Shown piece by piece: positions 11,860 to 23,399 of a stretch of DNA of 38,690 bases (position 1 is its first letter; every line of letters starts with the position of its first letter). The position numbers and the translations under genes are program-made. The notes beneath the pieces are model-generated. The model was given only the letters and a program-made list of their open reading frames with translations. It made no database searches and was not told the origin of the DNA. Source of the stretch: Ascoidea asiatica JCM 7603 (taxonomy: Eukaryota > Fungi > Ascomycota); assembly GCA_001600695.1 (NCBI GenBank), contig BCKQ01000016.1, positions 109 to 38,798 of the forward strand. The letters run 5' to 3'.

Positions 11860-13214
11860 GCAAAGTTTTGCTGGGATTTCCATGTAATACCACGAAAGGT
11901 GATAAAGTATAATGGCACAGGCCGGGAGCAAATAATTTGGCCGACAGCTTAGCAGTGCAAGCCATGGTGCTAAGGCCTTGTACATATGATGACCACAGGA
12001 CAAAGGAAAGCCTGTTGGGATACTCTCTCCGAGATAGTAATGTGTTAAGGCCAAGCAAAGTGTCTTAGTAGTCAGGCTGTACTGATGTTGGATCACAGTT
12101 TGATGGTAATTTTAATCGTGTTTTAGGTGCTAATAAGTTTCTTGCTGATCCTCTTACTTTTTGTCAATTTACTATAGTTAAGAAACTTGTTTTAAAGGTG
12201 CCAGAAATAAAAAAATTGAGTCCTGCTCCTGAACCACTGTTGGTTTTATTCCAAGATCCAGAAACGGTTGAAGCTGAAGAAGCATGCTCCAAAGAAATTA
12301 CGCTGATGGTGAAAGGATTATCCGACTTGACGATTAATAAGACTGTTAACACTAACAAAGTCCAGGGTATGATAAGTTTCCTTAGCAAATTCGTCAGCTA
12401 AAAGCGATTACCAAATGGTCATTTTACAGAGTTAAATAAAATTGCTGCTCTTGATCCTGGTGCTCAAAAAAGGTTCAGTAAAATATAACCAAAAAATGAT
12501 AATAATAAAAATAGTAATAAAATCTCCGGTAATTCCAATAATTCAAATAATAACTTCAACCAGCTGAATCTTAATAATAATAATCAAAGATATAAGAATA
12601 ATGATCAAAGCTATAATGATGGTAGTAATCAAAATGCCTTTGATTTCAACAATAGACCTAATAATAATAAAGGTGCTTTCAATAGTGGTATTAAGAATAA
12701 TGAAAACATCACTGGATACAATAATAATAATAATAATAATAATAATGATAATAATAATAATAAAAATGCTGCTTATAACAATAGCAATAGCAATGCTGGT
12801 TATAATCGCAATAATCGGTTTAACAATGATAATTCTGGTTATAACAATAATATTTCCAGTTATAAGAATAGTAATGCTGGTTTTAACAACGGAAGATATC
12901 AAAGATCTCTTGCTTGTTATTTCTATGGTAGTAGTCATTTTATTAAGGAATGGAAGGTGCTTGATAAAAATATGAAGAAGAGATACTTTTTGTTCTATAA
13001 TAACAGAATGTCCACTGAGAATCCACATGGATCCACTGGTGAAGTTCGGTTCACATCGATTTCATGGAATAAATCCATTGAACATAAAGATTATCTGGAA
13101 TATATTATCCTGGAAACGGTTGATAATAAGTATTTGGTTATTGATGATGATGATCTTGAACATGCAGTTGATCATATCAATATGGGTAACACAGAAGTAC
13201 AGATCAGGTTCTAG
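11860..13214 (+). pseudogene. gag: Gypsy gag (capsid part, Asn-rich region, degenerate knuckle)
   Basis: Single frame with stops, including ORFs 12198-12401 and 12957-13214; CYFYGSSHFIKEW knuckle remnant at ~12915-12953. Confidence 0.75.
12721..12763. repeat. (AAT)n tract encoding poly-Asn in gypsy gag
   Basis: About 14 near-perfect AAT units. Confidence 0.9.
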
Positions 13215-13288
13215 ATAATAACTGCTTTTTAGTTAATGGTATTTTTAAGCCAAACCAAGAAGCTGCTACGAATGATCATCAGAAGAAT

Positions 13289-16200
13289 TTGAAAGATAAA
13301 ATCTACAAATCTTTGAAAATAAACCGTTTAGATAAAACTAGTTTAAGGAAAATTTTTCAGGATGCCTCAATCCTTGATGATATTTTTGACTATGATGATG
13401 TCGTTGGTGTTAAGAATCCTGAATCAAACAGTTCTGCAAGTAATGTGGCTAATGAACCTTCTATTTCTGCTACTATTGATGTTGAATATCATATTATTAT
13501 TGCGGCTAAAAAGTTGCCACCATTTGTCCTCCCTTTTCCTAAGTCAAAGCGTTTTTCTGAATTGGAATTCGAAGAACAGAAGCTGGAGTTGCTCATTCAT
13601 AAGATGTAGAGCTTCCTCTTGATTGCGTTTCCTTCAGTGAAATACCTGGGTTGAATAAAAGATTGCTTCAAAAATTTATTGCTAAGATTAGGCCAAGCAC
13701 GATTAAAACTTTGGGACCGCTGAATGTAATATTTAACACCAATGGTTCCACAGAAAACCATGAAAATTAGGTTGTGAAAAATAGCTGTTTTCTTGGTCCA
13801 TTGGAATATATTCTAGTACAAATAAATCATAAGTTGGTTGAAGCTTTGCTTCATAAAGGATCTGAAATCAATTTGATTCCTAAATCAGTTCTTACCTAGG
13901 TAAAATAAGAGGCTTTCCTTGTTATAAGATTTCTAAAGCTTTTAAAGGTGCTAGAACAATTTTGAGTCAATATTGTCAGGTGTTGATGAAAATAAAAGAT
14001 GTTGAATTTGCCATTACGTTATATGTAGATGAAAGAAAAAGTGCTGGTGAGGCTAAAATTTTAGGTCGATCATTTATGGTTCCTAATGCTTTATATTCCA
14101 CCCAAGATTAAATGCATGTAATGCTGAAAGTTTTTATTTCTATGTATTCTTCCGCAATCTGGTAGCTGGTCATGAATTTTCATTTAAGGACATGTTTAGC
14201 TTAAAGTCTGCCAAAACTAATGTAACTATGTTAAGTATCTTTGACCCAAAGGATTACAAAGCAATTTTAAGTACAGTAGATTTATCTGATTCTGATGTTG
14301 AAACAAAAAAATGATTTAAGTAATTCTGGATCTACTCAATGTTTTAATAATAAGCAATGATCATTACTTGAAGATGCTTTTGCTAGATCAGTCGCTGATA
14401 ATATTATTAAAGCAAAGTTTTTTGAAAGCTGTTTAAGATGGTGGTTGAGGATCAGCTGTCTTTTATGATAATAATAAAAAATGTTATTTAAATTCTGGCT
14501 TTAAGGTACCTTTCGATAGTTCAGAAGCCAAGCCTTGGTCTGACCTGGTTTATCCTATTCAAAAGGTTAAATATGATGATGTGGTTAGACTTTTAGAAAC
14601 AATGATTGATCCAACCCAGCTTGTTTATTTTAATAGTAGCTACAACAATCCCTTTTTGTTGAATCTAAACAGTCAGGAAAGTTTCGTCCTTTATTAAACT
14701 CGAAATCTATAAATTCTTTTGCTGCTGCTAAGAAGCACAACATTCGTGCTGACATTGATCATTCAACTGAAGCTTTATCTAGCTCTAGATGCTTTTCAAT
14801 ATTTGATATTTCCGATACGTACTATCTATTGGTAATTGATCATGATATTGCTAGAAAAGCTTCTTTTACCATACCTCTTCGTCATCTACGGTATAGAACA
14901 ATTCACGAAGCTTATTGCAATGCTACTTATGGATTTCAAGCTGCGCTATTGCAAATATTAAAGCCGTTGCTTAGTCAGGTAATTATATTCATGGATGATA
15001 TTGTCTTGGTACGAAAATCGACTTATGCTACCATTACCATTTGCCGGATAAATTGAAAGGGTTTCATTCATTTAAAAAATTTGGTCTTAAATTATCTGTT
15101 GAAAAGATGAAACTTTGGGTCACAGAAGCTACATTTCGTGCGTTTCCTAGCGAGGATGCCAAAAAATGTTGCAAATAATAGAGATATATATATGCCAGCG
15201 ATAGATTGGTGCTAACACCATAGGGGGCGAAGGTCTAGAAGACACGTATCTATACTAGACGTAAAAGAGTTATGTATTATACAATAATATGTGTACAGTA
15301 TGTATAATTATGCGTACAGATGCCTAATTAGGCATAAATATACAGATTGTTGCATAAACTTGCATTAAGTTGCATGAAGAACACATTAAGTAACCTGACC
15401 TTGCATAAGTCTGTATACAGGTACACGAGTGGTCGGATATCATGGGCTATTCTAGTCACATGGAATATGTCATGGGTGCTTACGGCAGGTATAGCGTACA
15501 AAGTAGAAAAAACTTGAGGTTGGTACCAGCCATACTCGTAGAACCTTTAAGAGAAGTTTAAAGCTAAGCCACTCGGTACGAGGAGAATTAAAGGGGAGTT
15601 AGGATTTAGCGTCTATCCGGATAGAAGTTAAATCCGAACGGCCAATCGGATCCAGGCAGTGACGCCTTCTGGATGTTAGGATTGGCTATGCCTAGTTTCA
15701 TGTGAGGTAAGGTATAATTGTCTCTGCGTATACCAAATTGTCTGAGTAAACAGGGGACTAGTGGAGATAGTCACGTAAGGGATCTACTCCGAGTACGGCC
15801 TTCGGGTTTAAAGATTATTCCCCGCAATTACTGTAATTGTCTAGCCCACTGGAAAGTGGGATGATTGGTTTTACTATTGCAGAATTGAGATGTGAATTTC
15901 AACTGATTTCTAATCAAGTTTTGCACCCTTTTTAGAAAGTAAACTTCATTCCCACCCTGATTCTACGAAGGAATCCTGGAACTTTTGGGAATTCCCGAGA
16001 ATTCTCGATAGTTTTCCAGGACCCTGTAGGAATCCTGAATTAATATAAAAGGAATCAATTTTCTCTTTTTTTTTATATAATTTAATTAGTTTTCTTTGTA
16101 GATCATCCAATAGCACGAGTTAATTGATTAATACATAGTGTGTAAGTATGTAAAATTTATATAATCGATTTTGTAAAATGAATCAAAATTTACAAGAAAA

Positions 16201-18230
16201 GATATCTTGTTGAGCATAGTTTGTTGGTACTTAAAGATTTTAAGAGACCATCAACAGCCAAATAAATCAGGACTTTTCTTGGAACTATTAATTTTTACAG
16301 ATGCCTCTTAATGTTGTTCATTTGTCAGCAGCTACATATGCTAAAGTTAATAAAGCAGAGTCGTGGGCAGATGCTAATACCTTAACAATAAAAGATATCC
16401 TTATAACGTTGCTGAGCCATTTTGCTTTGCTGAAACTTGATTATGATAAACCATTATTGATAATAGCGAAAGCTTCCGGTGTTGCTTGGTCTGCTGCTTT
16501 ATTTAATTATGCTAGAAATAACTTTCCTGAAAATATTGTCACATCAAACTCACCTTTGAAATTGATTAAGCTTCAGTCTGGTAGGTTTTCACATGCTGAT
16601 AAAAGATTAAAACCTTCAGTTAAACAATTCATTGCTGTCTTTTACGCTTTTAAAAAATTGAGAAATTATGTGCAAGCTGTTGAACTATTCGTTTATTGTG
16701 ATACTAACGCTGTTGGTAATACATTGAAGAATAGTTAGCCTGGGATGACAATAGGTAGATAAGGTACCATTCTTTCCTATTTGATTCAATATAAGGTTTA
16801 GCTACATCATCTCAAAGGTACTTCCAATGCAGTCGATATGTTCACCGTCTTTGTGATAGGTCTACAATTAAATCGGTTATGATTAAAAATATTAATGATA
16901 TTCCTAAAGATGTTTACTTTCCCATGGAAACTGATTCAACCTTGCAGAGTGATGATCCACAAAAATCTTATGTGATCACCATTAACTATATGCTGGGTGT
17001 TCGAGTTTACAAATTCAAATCCTTCTATTATTTAGATATTTTATGTATTTTTCAATCTTTAGTAATTCCATCTTTTGTTGGTATGAAAGTAGAAAAGGCC
17101 TATAGAACTCATGCTGTTGTGTTCTATGTTTCTTAGGATGTATTGTTTAAGCGTTCTAATGTATTGCCTAGGCTTGTGGTGACGCACCTTAAGGTCATTT
17201 GCGGATACATGTTGTTCATATCGTTCATAACTCATATGGTCATGCTGGAAGAAATAAAACATTGTTTCCTCTATCCAATCTTTATTTCATACTTATGCTT
17301 AATCAAGTTGTTGCTTATCACCTGAAGACTTATCTTTAATGTCGGGTTTATAACTAGTCAAGGCTGGTATTTGATCCCCTTACCATTCATTAAACCATCT
17401 TGAATATTCAAATCTCTTGCTATTGATTCGATTCATTTACCTACAACTACTGATAGATATTCATATGTGGTATCTTTAACATGCAGTTTCACTTAGTTTT
17501 TAGAAGCTGTTTCTGTTACGAAATTTATATATGATGCAGTTATTTGCAGATATGGAGCTGTTTCAATTTACAGTGAGATTGTGGATCAGACTTTAAACAC
17601 AAAGTATTAAAATAACTTTTAGGTAAACAGGGTATTAAACATAGAATTTCTTCTGCTTATTATCCAGCTGCTAATGCTTTAATAGTCAGATACCATGCTT
17701 TCTCTTCAGCAGCTTTAGAGCACTATGATAAGCACTCGTTGAAACATTTAAGTGCTGCTATTTATGCTGACAGAAATACTGTTAGACCATTGCTTGGGAA
17801 CACTCCACCTGGCTTGGTATATGGAAGTCTTCCTTTTACAAGTTACTACCAATGTTATTATAATTGTCCTTTTATTAAAAAGGTTCCCTGTACTGATGAT
17901 GAGTTACACACTATAAGAGTCGAACAAATTGAATTTGCTCAATGCTTAAACACTCAAATTGGTGTGAAAATTAAATTCCATACATAAAAAATTAAAGATG
18001 CTTTTGACAAATCTCATATTACTGCTGACGCCAAGTAGGATAAAGGTACTTATGTGTTGGTCAATGACGTTAATCATCATAAAAAGATTGCTTTAAATTC
18101 ATTGGCAAGATATGCTGTTCTTTAGAAAAGTAAGCTGAATGAACGTGGTTCATATGTATTACTGAATTTAAATGGTCGTCAATTGAAACAAACATTTGCT
18201 AGGTCTCACTTAAAGTTATATTCATTACGT
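13289..18230 (+). pseudogene. pol: Gypsy pol remnants
   Basis: Protease ALLHKGSEINLI (~13845, catalytic D>H); RT FSIFDISD and IIFMDD (~14990); IRTFLGTINFYR (~16270-16300); RNase H ORF 16301-16738; integrase GHAGRNKT, LAIDSIHLP, SSAYYPAAN, SHLKLY; many stops and frameshifts. Confidence 0.9.
15167..16197 (+). mobile_element. Solo ~1.03-kb LTR nested in gypsy RT
   Basis: TGTTGCAAAT...TTTACAAGA; flanks AAAAA / AAAGA (1 mismatch); removing it restores the RT frame EDAK-RYLVEH; TATAAAA at 16044. Confidence 0.9.
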
Positions 18231-18317
18231 CCTGGTGGTATTCATGCTGCAGTTCATGGTCCAATCTACACAACTTCTGCTAAAAGTTTCAAAGCTTTGG
18301 ATGCTAAATTTACTTCT

Positions 18318-18339
18318 AAAAAAGACGTTAGGTGGGTTA
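18318..18339 (+). promoter_or_regulatory. Degenerate polypurine tract
   Basis: AAAAAAGACGTTAGGTGGG just before the LTR's TG. Confidence 0.45.
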
Positions 18340-18827
18340 TGTTGTACTGACAACCCCACACGAACTGAATGTGATAGGTGAGTGTTCCTAAGTACACACA
18401 CTCGTGTTTCTGTAGGCCGAAATCCCTCATCACTTGCCCGCGTATTGCTGCGACACATCCTTGTGTTAGTTTTAAAGCCCTACATCTTATTCTGTTTTTG
18501 TAATTCTAACATTTTGTTTGTTTTTCAATTGCATCACTCTGATCCTGACGCCAATTCAAATTCCTCTTTCCTTTTGTTTGTTTGTTTCTTTCTGTTGTCT
18601 CTTCCTATCTCTCTCCCTTACTCTCTTTTTTCCTTTTCACTCTCTTTCCCTTCTCTATCCTTTCGCTCTTTCCTCTTCACCCTGTCTTGCCTTTCGACTC
18701 AGAACTCTAGCATTCAATGCCATAAATAAAGTTAGTTTCTTTCTTTTTTTTTTCTTTCTTTTCTTTTTGATATATAACACACAGATTATAAAATAAAAGA
18801 TAAATGATACTTATTGGTACTATAGCA
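18340..18827 (+). mobile_element. Ty3/gypsy 3' LTR (488 bp)
   Basis: TGTTGTAC...TATAGCA, end-to-end homolog of 8551-9042. Confidence 0.9.
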
Positions 18828-19326
18828 GAACCACTTGAGACTCGTCCTGTGTCCATTAATGTAACCAATGAGTTATTATAATGGACTAAAAAGATTGTAT
18901 CTTTCGCAGTAAATAATGGGATAAGTTCGTAACTTCCTAGGCATTGTTCACAGAATTAAACCCGTTTTGTTCGAAGCTCAAACCTTTGGATTCGGGTTTC
19001 TAGAACATTAAATGTTCTGCGATATGCAGATTTCCGTGTATATCTCATAATGGTGTAATTATAAGTTTATTATTAGCTATACGAAAATATTCCGTACCTG
19101 TGGTATAATTCAGATCTCCAATGTTTTTCCCACTCCCTAAAATTTTACTATGTCTACTTTTTGAAAGGCTGCGTCTACATTGTCCAATTCTCGGTCGCAT
19201 TTCTCGCAAGCTGAGTCTACTTTCTCCAGCGGCAGACACACATGCACTCTACAGTCTACATTTTGATGGTCTACAAACATTCAACCAAACTCATGTCTGT
19301 GGTATCCAGTAATTTCCTTTTTTATA

Positions 19327-20460
19327 TTGTCTGTTAATCAATCAAATGACAATAGTAATATAAAATTCCAAATGAATCAATTAATTATTATTTCCTCTAA
19401 CTCTGAATCTGATCGATCTATTTCTTCTGCTCATACTTCTAATTCTATTAATGGCTCTCAAACCCCTAAAACTCAATTAATGGACCAACAATTTATCTCG
19501 ACTAATACTTTAGACATTCCTTAACTTATACAACAAGAGAAATCTGATGATTTGTTCAGAAGTATTATGCACTCAGTCAGCTTTAGAACACTTCAAGCAA
19601 CATTCTATTTGAACAGGTGCCAATAAGAACTTACTTGATGTTCAGTTTAATAAGAAAGTTATTTTCTCAGGTTTCCAATACACTTTAGAATAAGTTAAAC
19701 TTCATATACAAAAGATTTAATTACTCACCCACTTCTGCTCCTCGAGTAAAGCAATGTCAGGCATTCATGTCAATATGTCTGCATTAACAATTAAATTTTA
19801 TAATACTGATTCAAAGGTTATCCCCTTTAATGAATTACTAGAAATAATCCAGTTTCATATTATAATTCATGTAAAGAAGGATCATTCTCCTGAGACATTC
19901 GGTTCAACCTTATATACATAATTCAAAGGTATAATTTTCATATATTCAGTTCACCTTACGTTACAACATAAATGTGATATGGAAATCATTTCCCAAATCA
20001 GACCACAAATACAAGCAAACCCAAGAGCTAATATCTCTCTTATTCAATTAAACGTTACTCCTTATGACATCAGTGCAACTCATTATGATTTTATAATTAA
20101 TTAGAAGCAAGGCGCTGCCATCATTATAAGTTTGGAACTACCTTTACCAAAAATATTGTTTATAATAGTTCTATCAATTAAATCACTTAACCGGATATAA
20201 TATTAAAACAGCTGTCAATCCAAGAAACATTATGCAAAATGCTATTAGCTTCCTTAATGCTAATAATTTCACTACCAGAAAAATGGGTATTCCCATCACT
20301 ATTAAAACAGATTATAATGTTTGCTTAATTTCTTATGAATGAGCTTCGTTCCTTTTCTCTAAATATCCTCAATCGATTATTGTAGTTAATCAATATTCTC
20401 CTAATATTTCTACTTTATTTATTCTACTTCTCTTTGAAATCTTCAACAGCTTTTAGTTAA
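19327..20460 (+). pseudogene. Decayed gag-like coding relic
   Basis: Broken S/N/T-rich frames with composition like the copia gag at 23.4 kb; no diagnostic motif. Confidence 0.25.
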
Positions 20461-20689
20461 CCCTAACACTTTCAACGAATGACAGCTGACTTTTATATCT
20501 AAAAACGTTGATATAAATATGTGTACTTTCCTTATATATTTTTCTACACAATTTGAATAAGAATCATCCAATTCTCTGTATCCGAATATACACATTTCTT
20601 TATTAGTATTATTTTTATTTATATTATAATTCTATTCGTTATTATTTGTATTTACTATAATCATTAATGTTATATTATTTATAAAACTA

Positions 20690-21480
20690 TTGGAATTTGT
20701 ATACTATAGCATTCGCCGTGTTGTATTCTCTATTATACAGGATGTAATTGAGAATTGTATAAAGGACAGGATACGCTGGCTTCAAATTGAATTGAGCCGT
20801 TTTAATGCAGTCAACAACAACGTAACTTCTAGTGCGCCACTGGAGATCATACACGGTGAAGTTATGGGTTCTTCGCCAATAAGGTATAACAAAAAGAAGT
20901 ATACTGTAACATACTCTGATGAATTTGCAAGATATGTGGCGGCCTACACCCCGGCTGGAAAGCAGAAGTATTATCCATATATAAGGAGAGTAAGGTATTT
21001 CTTGACAAACACTATAAGTGCTTAATAAACACTTTATTCCCAGAGAATCGAGGAGGGTACTCATTAGTCGAATTAGGAGATTCATTAAGGAGAATAAACG
21101 GAATCAACAAAACGCATCCATCCATTTACCTAAGTAAACGTCATTGGCAGACAGAGCCAATAGAATGTTACCCACTTTAAGTATTTTAAATGTTCTGGAT
21201 TGCTGCGCCCTAGTGATTCTACAAAAAAAAACGCATTGCTGTTACAACATGCGTTTTATTTCAAAAACTGCCTTCCTCATAGCGGCTTGATGGCAACAAA
21301 GATTTTACAAGACGTTAGGAAGTCCTTTTCGATTCAAGAGGCGTTTTGAACATATCCTTATATTTGAAGGCGTAGACATATTGTTATTACCTGTCCACCA
21401 AATTGAGCGCCGGGCATCTAAAGGGCCCCTAGGTAGAATGGCTTCCCATGTGCGTCGAGTCATACTGTTACTGGGGCAGC
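20690..21480 (+). pseudogene. Ty1/copia integrase core relic
   Basis: PLEIIHGEVMG...KYTVTYSDEFARY, then frameshifted RGG and LADRANRML remnants of the DxGGEY and NGxAERxNRTL motifs. Confidence 0.8.
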
Positions 21481-21979
21481 CAGATTTCGTGCAAAAAATT
21501 TTAATTTAGAAGACATCATTGGTTATTGGTCTGGGCGATTAGATATGTTCAAACAGTTTACTGAGAATAAGAAAAGAGAAATGTATCGGAGATTCGAAGA
21601 TTTGAAATGTATAGGTATAGAAGACTATACAAACTTTCTTCAGCACACGAACAACTTAGACTAGCATTCTGAGCACCAACAGAGTACAGTTGGCAGTTCT
21701 ACTGATGATCAGAACACCTCCGAGTTCTCAAAATAATTCACATCTGAACCTGATCACAAAAAGCAGAATACTAACCCAAGATGGGGTTGCAAACAGAGCA
21801 ATACCGATTCGAGTGATTGCGACTTCGTAGTCGCTCGGTGTAGGACATGATTATCATTGTATTAACTCAAACAAACGATGTGAAGGGTTCCATGATGAGG
21901 TCTAATCTACAAACGAATCAAGTAGATCAATGAAACACAGATCGGATGTCTTACGGGTCTTATGTAACCAACCGACTAC

Positions 21980-22236
21980 TGGCATAGTTGATTGTTTCTT
22001 ATAATGTATAATAGTTACTCCGTGCAAACCAGGTGACCCGGATTAAGTTCTGTTTCCGGGGACACTCACCCTCGTGCATTGGCAACTTAGGTTTTCCACT
22101 GAAAAATTTTGATTGTCGTATTCAAAGATACAATACGTTCCATCAGTGTTCTCCGTTTAGGTTTTATATAGAGTTTAGTCCATGACCTCTTTCATCAATC
22201 TGCTAAGGTTATCAGACTGTTGCTGCTTCAACAACA
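21980..22236 (+). mobile_element. Putative 5' LTR of the copia element
   Basis: TGG start; ACCA.GTGA..CCGGA, ACTCAC, ACTGAAAAA and TTTTATATAGAGTT shared colinearly with 27442-27705; ends CAACA. Confidence 0.55.
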
Positions 22237-23399
22237 GGTCAACCTGATTATGGTCAATTTATAAGGTAGTAAAAACGAACATCATCAGATTGTTTATTCT
22301 GGTAAATATTCTGGCAAAAGTTGTACTTAGAATGTAAATAATAATCTACATATTTGATCAATTAATTATTTTTAATTAAATCAAAAAATTCAATTTCAAT
22401 TTGAGTTAAGGAAAAATAATAATTTCAAAACTTATCGAATTATGAATTTTTCAAAAAACAAAACAAAGTAGTTGAAACCAAATAAAATTAAAATTATTAA
22501 AAAGTATCAGAAGTAAAGAAAATACAATTATTAAAAATTACTTGGTAGAAAACATGGTCTTGTTTTCAAATAAAAGGAAAATCAATGAAATTACTTGTGT
22601 GGCAGCTCCGCCTACACAGCTGTTGATCAATTTCTTGTTTATTATTTGGGTAAGCGCATTACTTTCTTTCATCCCATTTATCTAGCTGCCACGCGATTGT
22701 CATGTCAATATTTCAGCGGTTACTTGTTAAGATACTTATAAAATTCTCAAAATTTCCAATTTGACTAGACCCATACTACTGGTAATAGGTTTTAATGTAT
22801 GATCACCTATGCGCTGTTGCTTCGAATACTCACAGTCTACCCACCAACCACTTGTGGTAAGCCGCACGGTGGCACATTTTTACTATATGATTTTAATAAT
22901 TTAATTATTCGTTTATGAAGGTCTATTTATGATTGTGTTATGAATACTTAAATAAAGGGACTTTTATAACTGTGGGTTACCCAGTTTCAAAGTATAGAAA
23001 ATTCCTAGGCTTAGGTTCCTATGTAGCCACTGGTCGGCTTGAGTTTTTTGTGTGTAATTCTGAAACATATTCCTTGACATATACCAGCGTGTCGTCTTTA
23101 TTATTTATCTAGTAATTGATCAATTCTTTGTTATTCATGATTAGCACTAGCTATTTCTGTTAAATTTAAATCTCAAAATTAAACAAATAAAAGATATAAT
23201 GGTTTAGTTTATCATTTTTGGTTACAATTTGTCCAAATAACACAATACTGGTTATAACGGTGTTGTTAATGAATAGTTTTAGGTTGTTATTTTAGGAAAA
23301 TGTTACACTGTTATGAAAAATTATTTTTCATATCCAACCACAAATATTCTATCGAACTCGTTCATTAATAATTCATTCCCAATTTTCATTAAATCTTAG

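Larger units (their letters stand above)
11860..18827 (+). mobile_element. Decayed Ty3/gypsy LTR retrotransposon (gag-PR-RT-RH-IN, 3' LTR) with no co-oriented 5' LTR
   Basis: Domain order PR-RT-RH-IN, then a purine-rich tract and LTR; interrupted by a nested LTR in RT. Confidence 0.92.

Noticed and set aside
11651-12096. Antisense ORFs over gag; HRPGANNLADSLA as an RNase H or DIRS motif
   Set aside because: The homologous copy at 6.7-6.9 kb has stops in the antisense frames, and the context fits Gag capsid.
12543-13028. Ile-rich ORFs 12543-13028(-) and 12601-12975(+) as membrane proteins
   Set aside because: Alternate-frame readings of the AAT-rich Gag segment.
18382-18796. Hydrophobic ORFs within LTRs (also 8582-8788, 1799-2035, 4738-4938)
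   Set aside because: By-products of pyrimidine-rich or repeated LTR sequence.
22599-22692. 9-bp inverted repeat GTGGCAGCT/AGCTGCCAC as a tRNA or ncRNA
   Set aside because: No cloverleaf or box A/B elements; compatible with chance.
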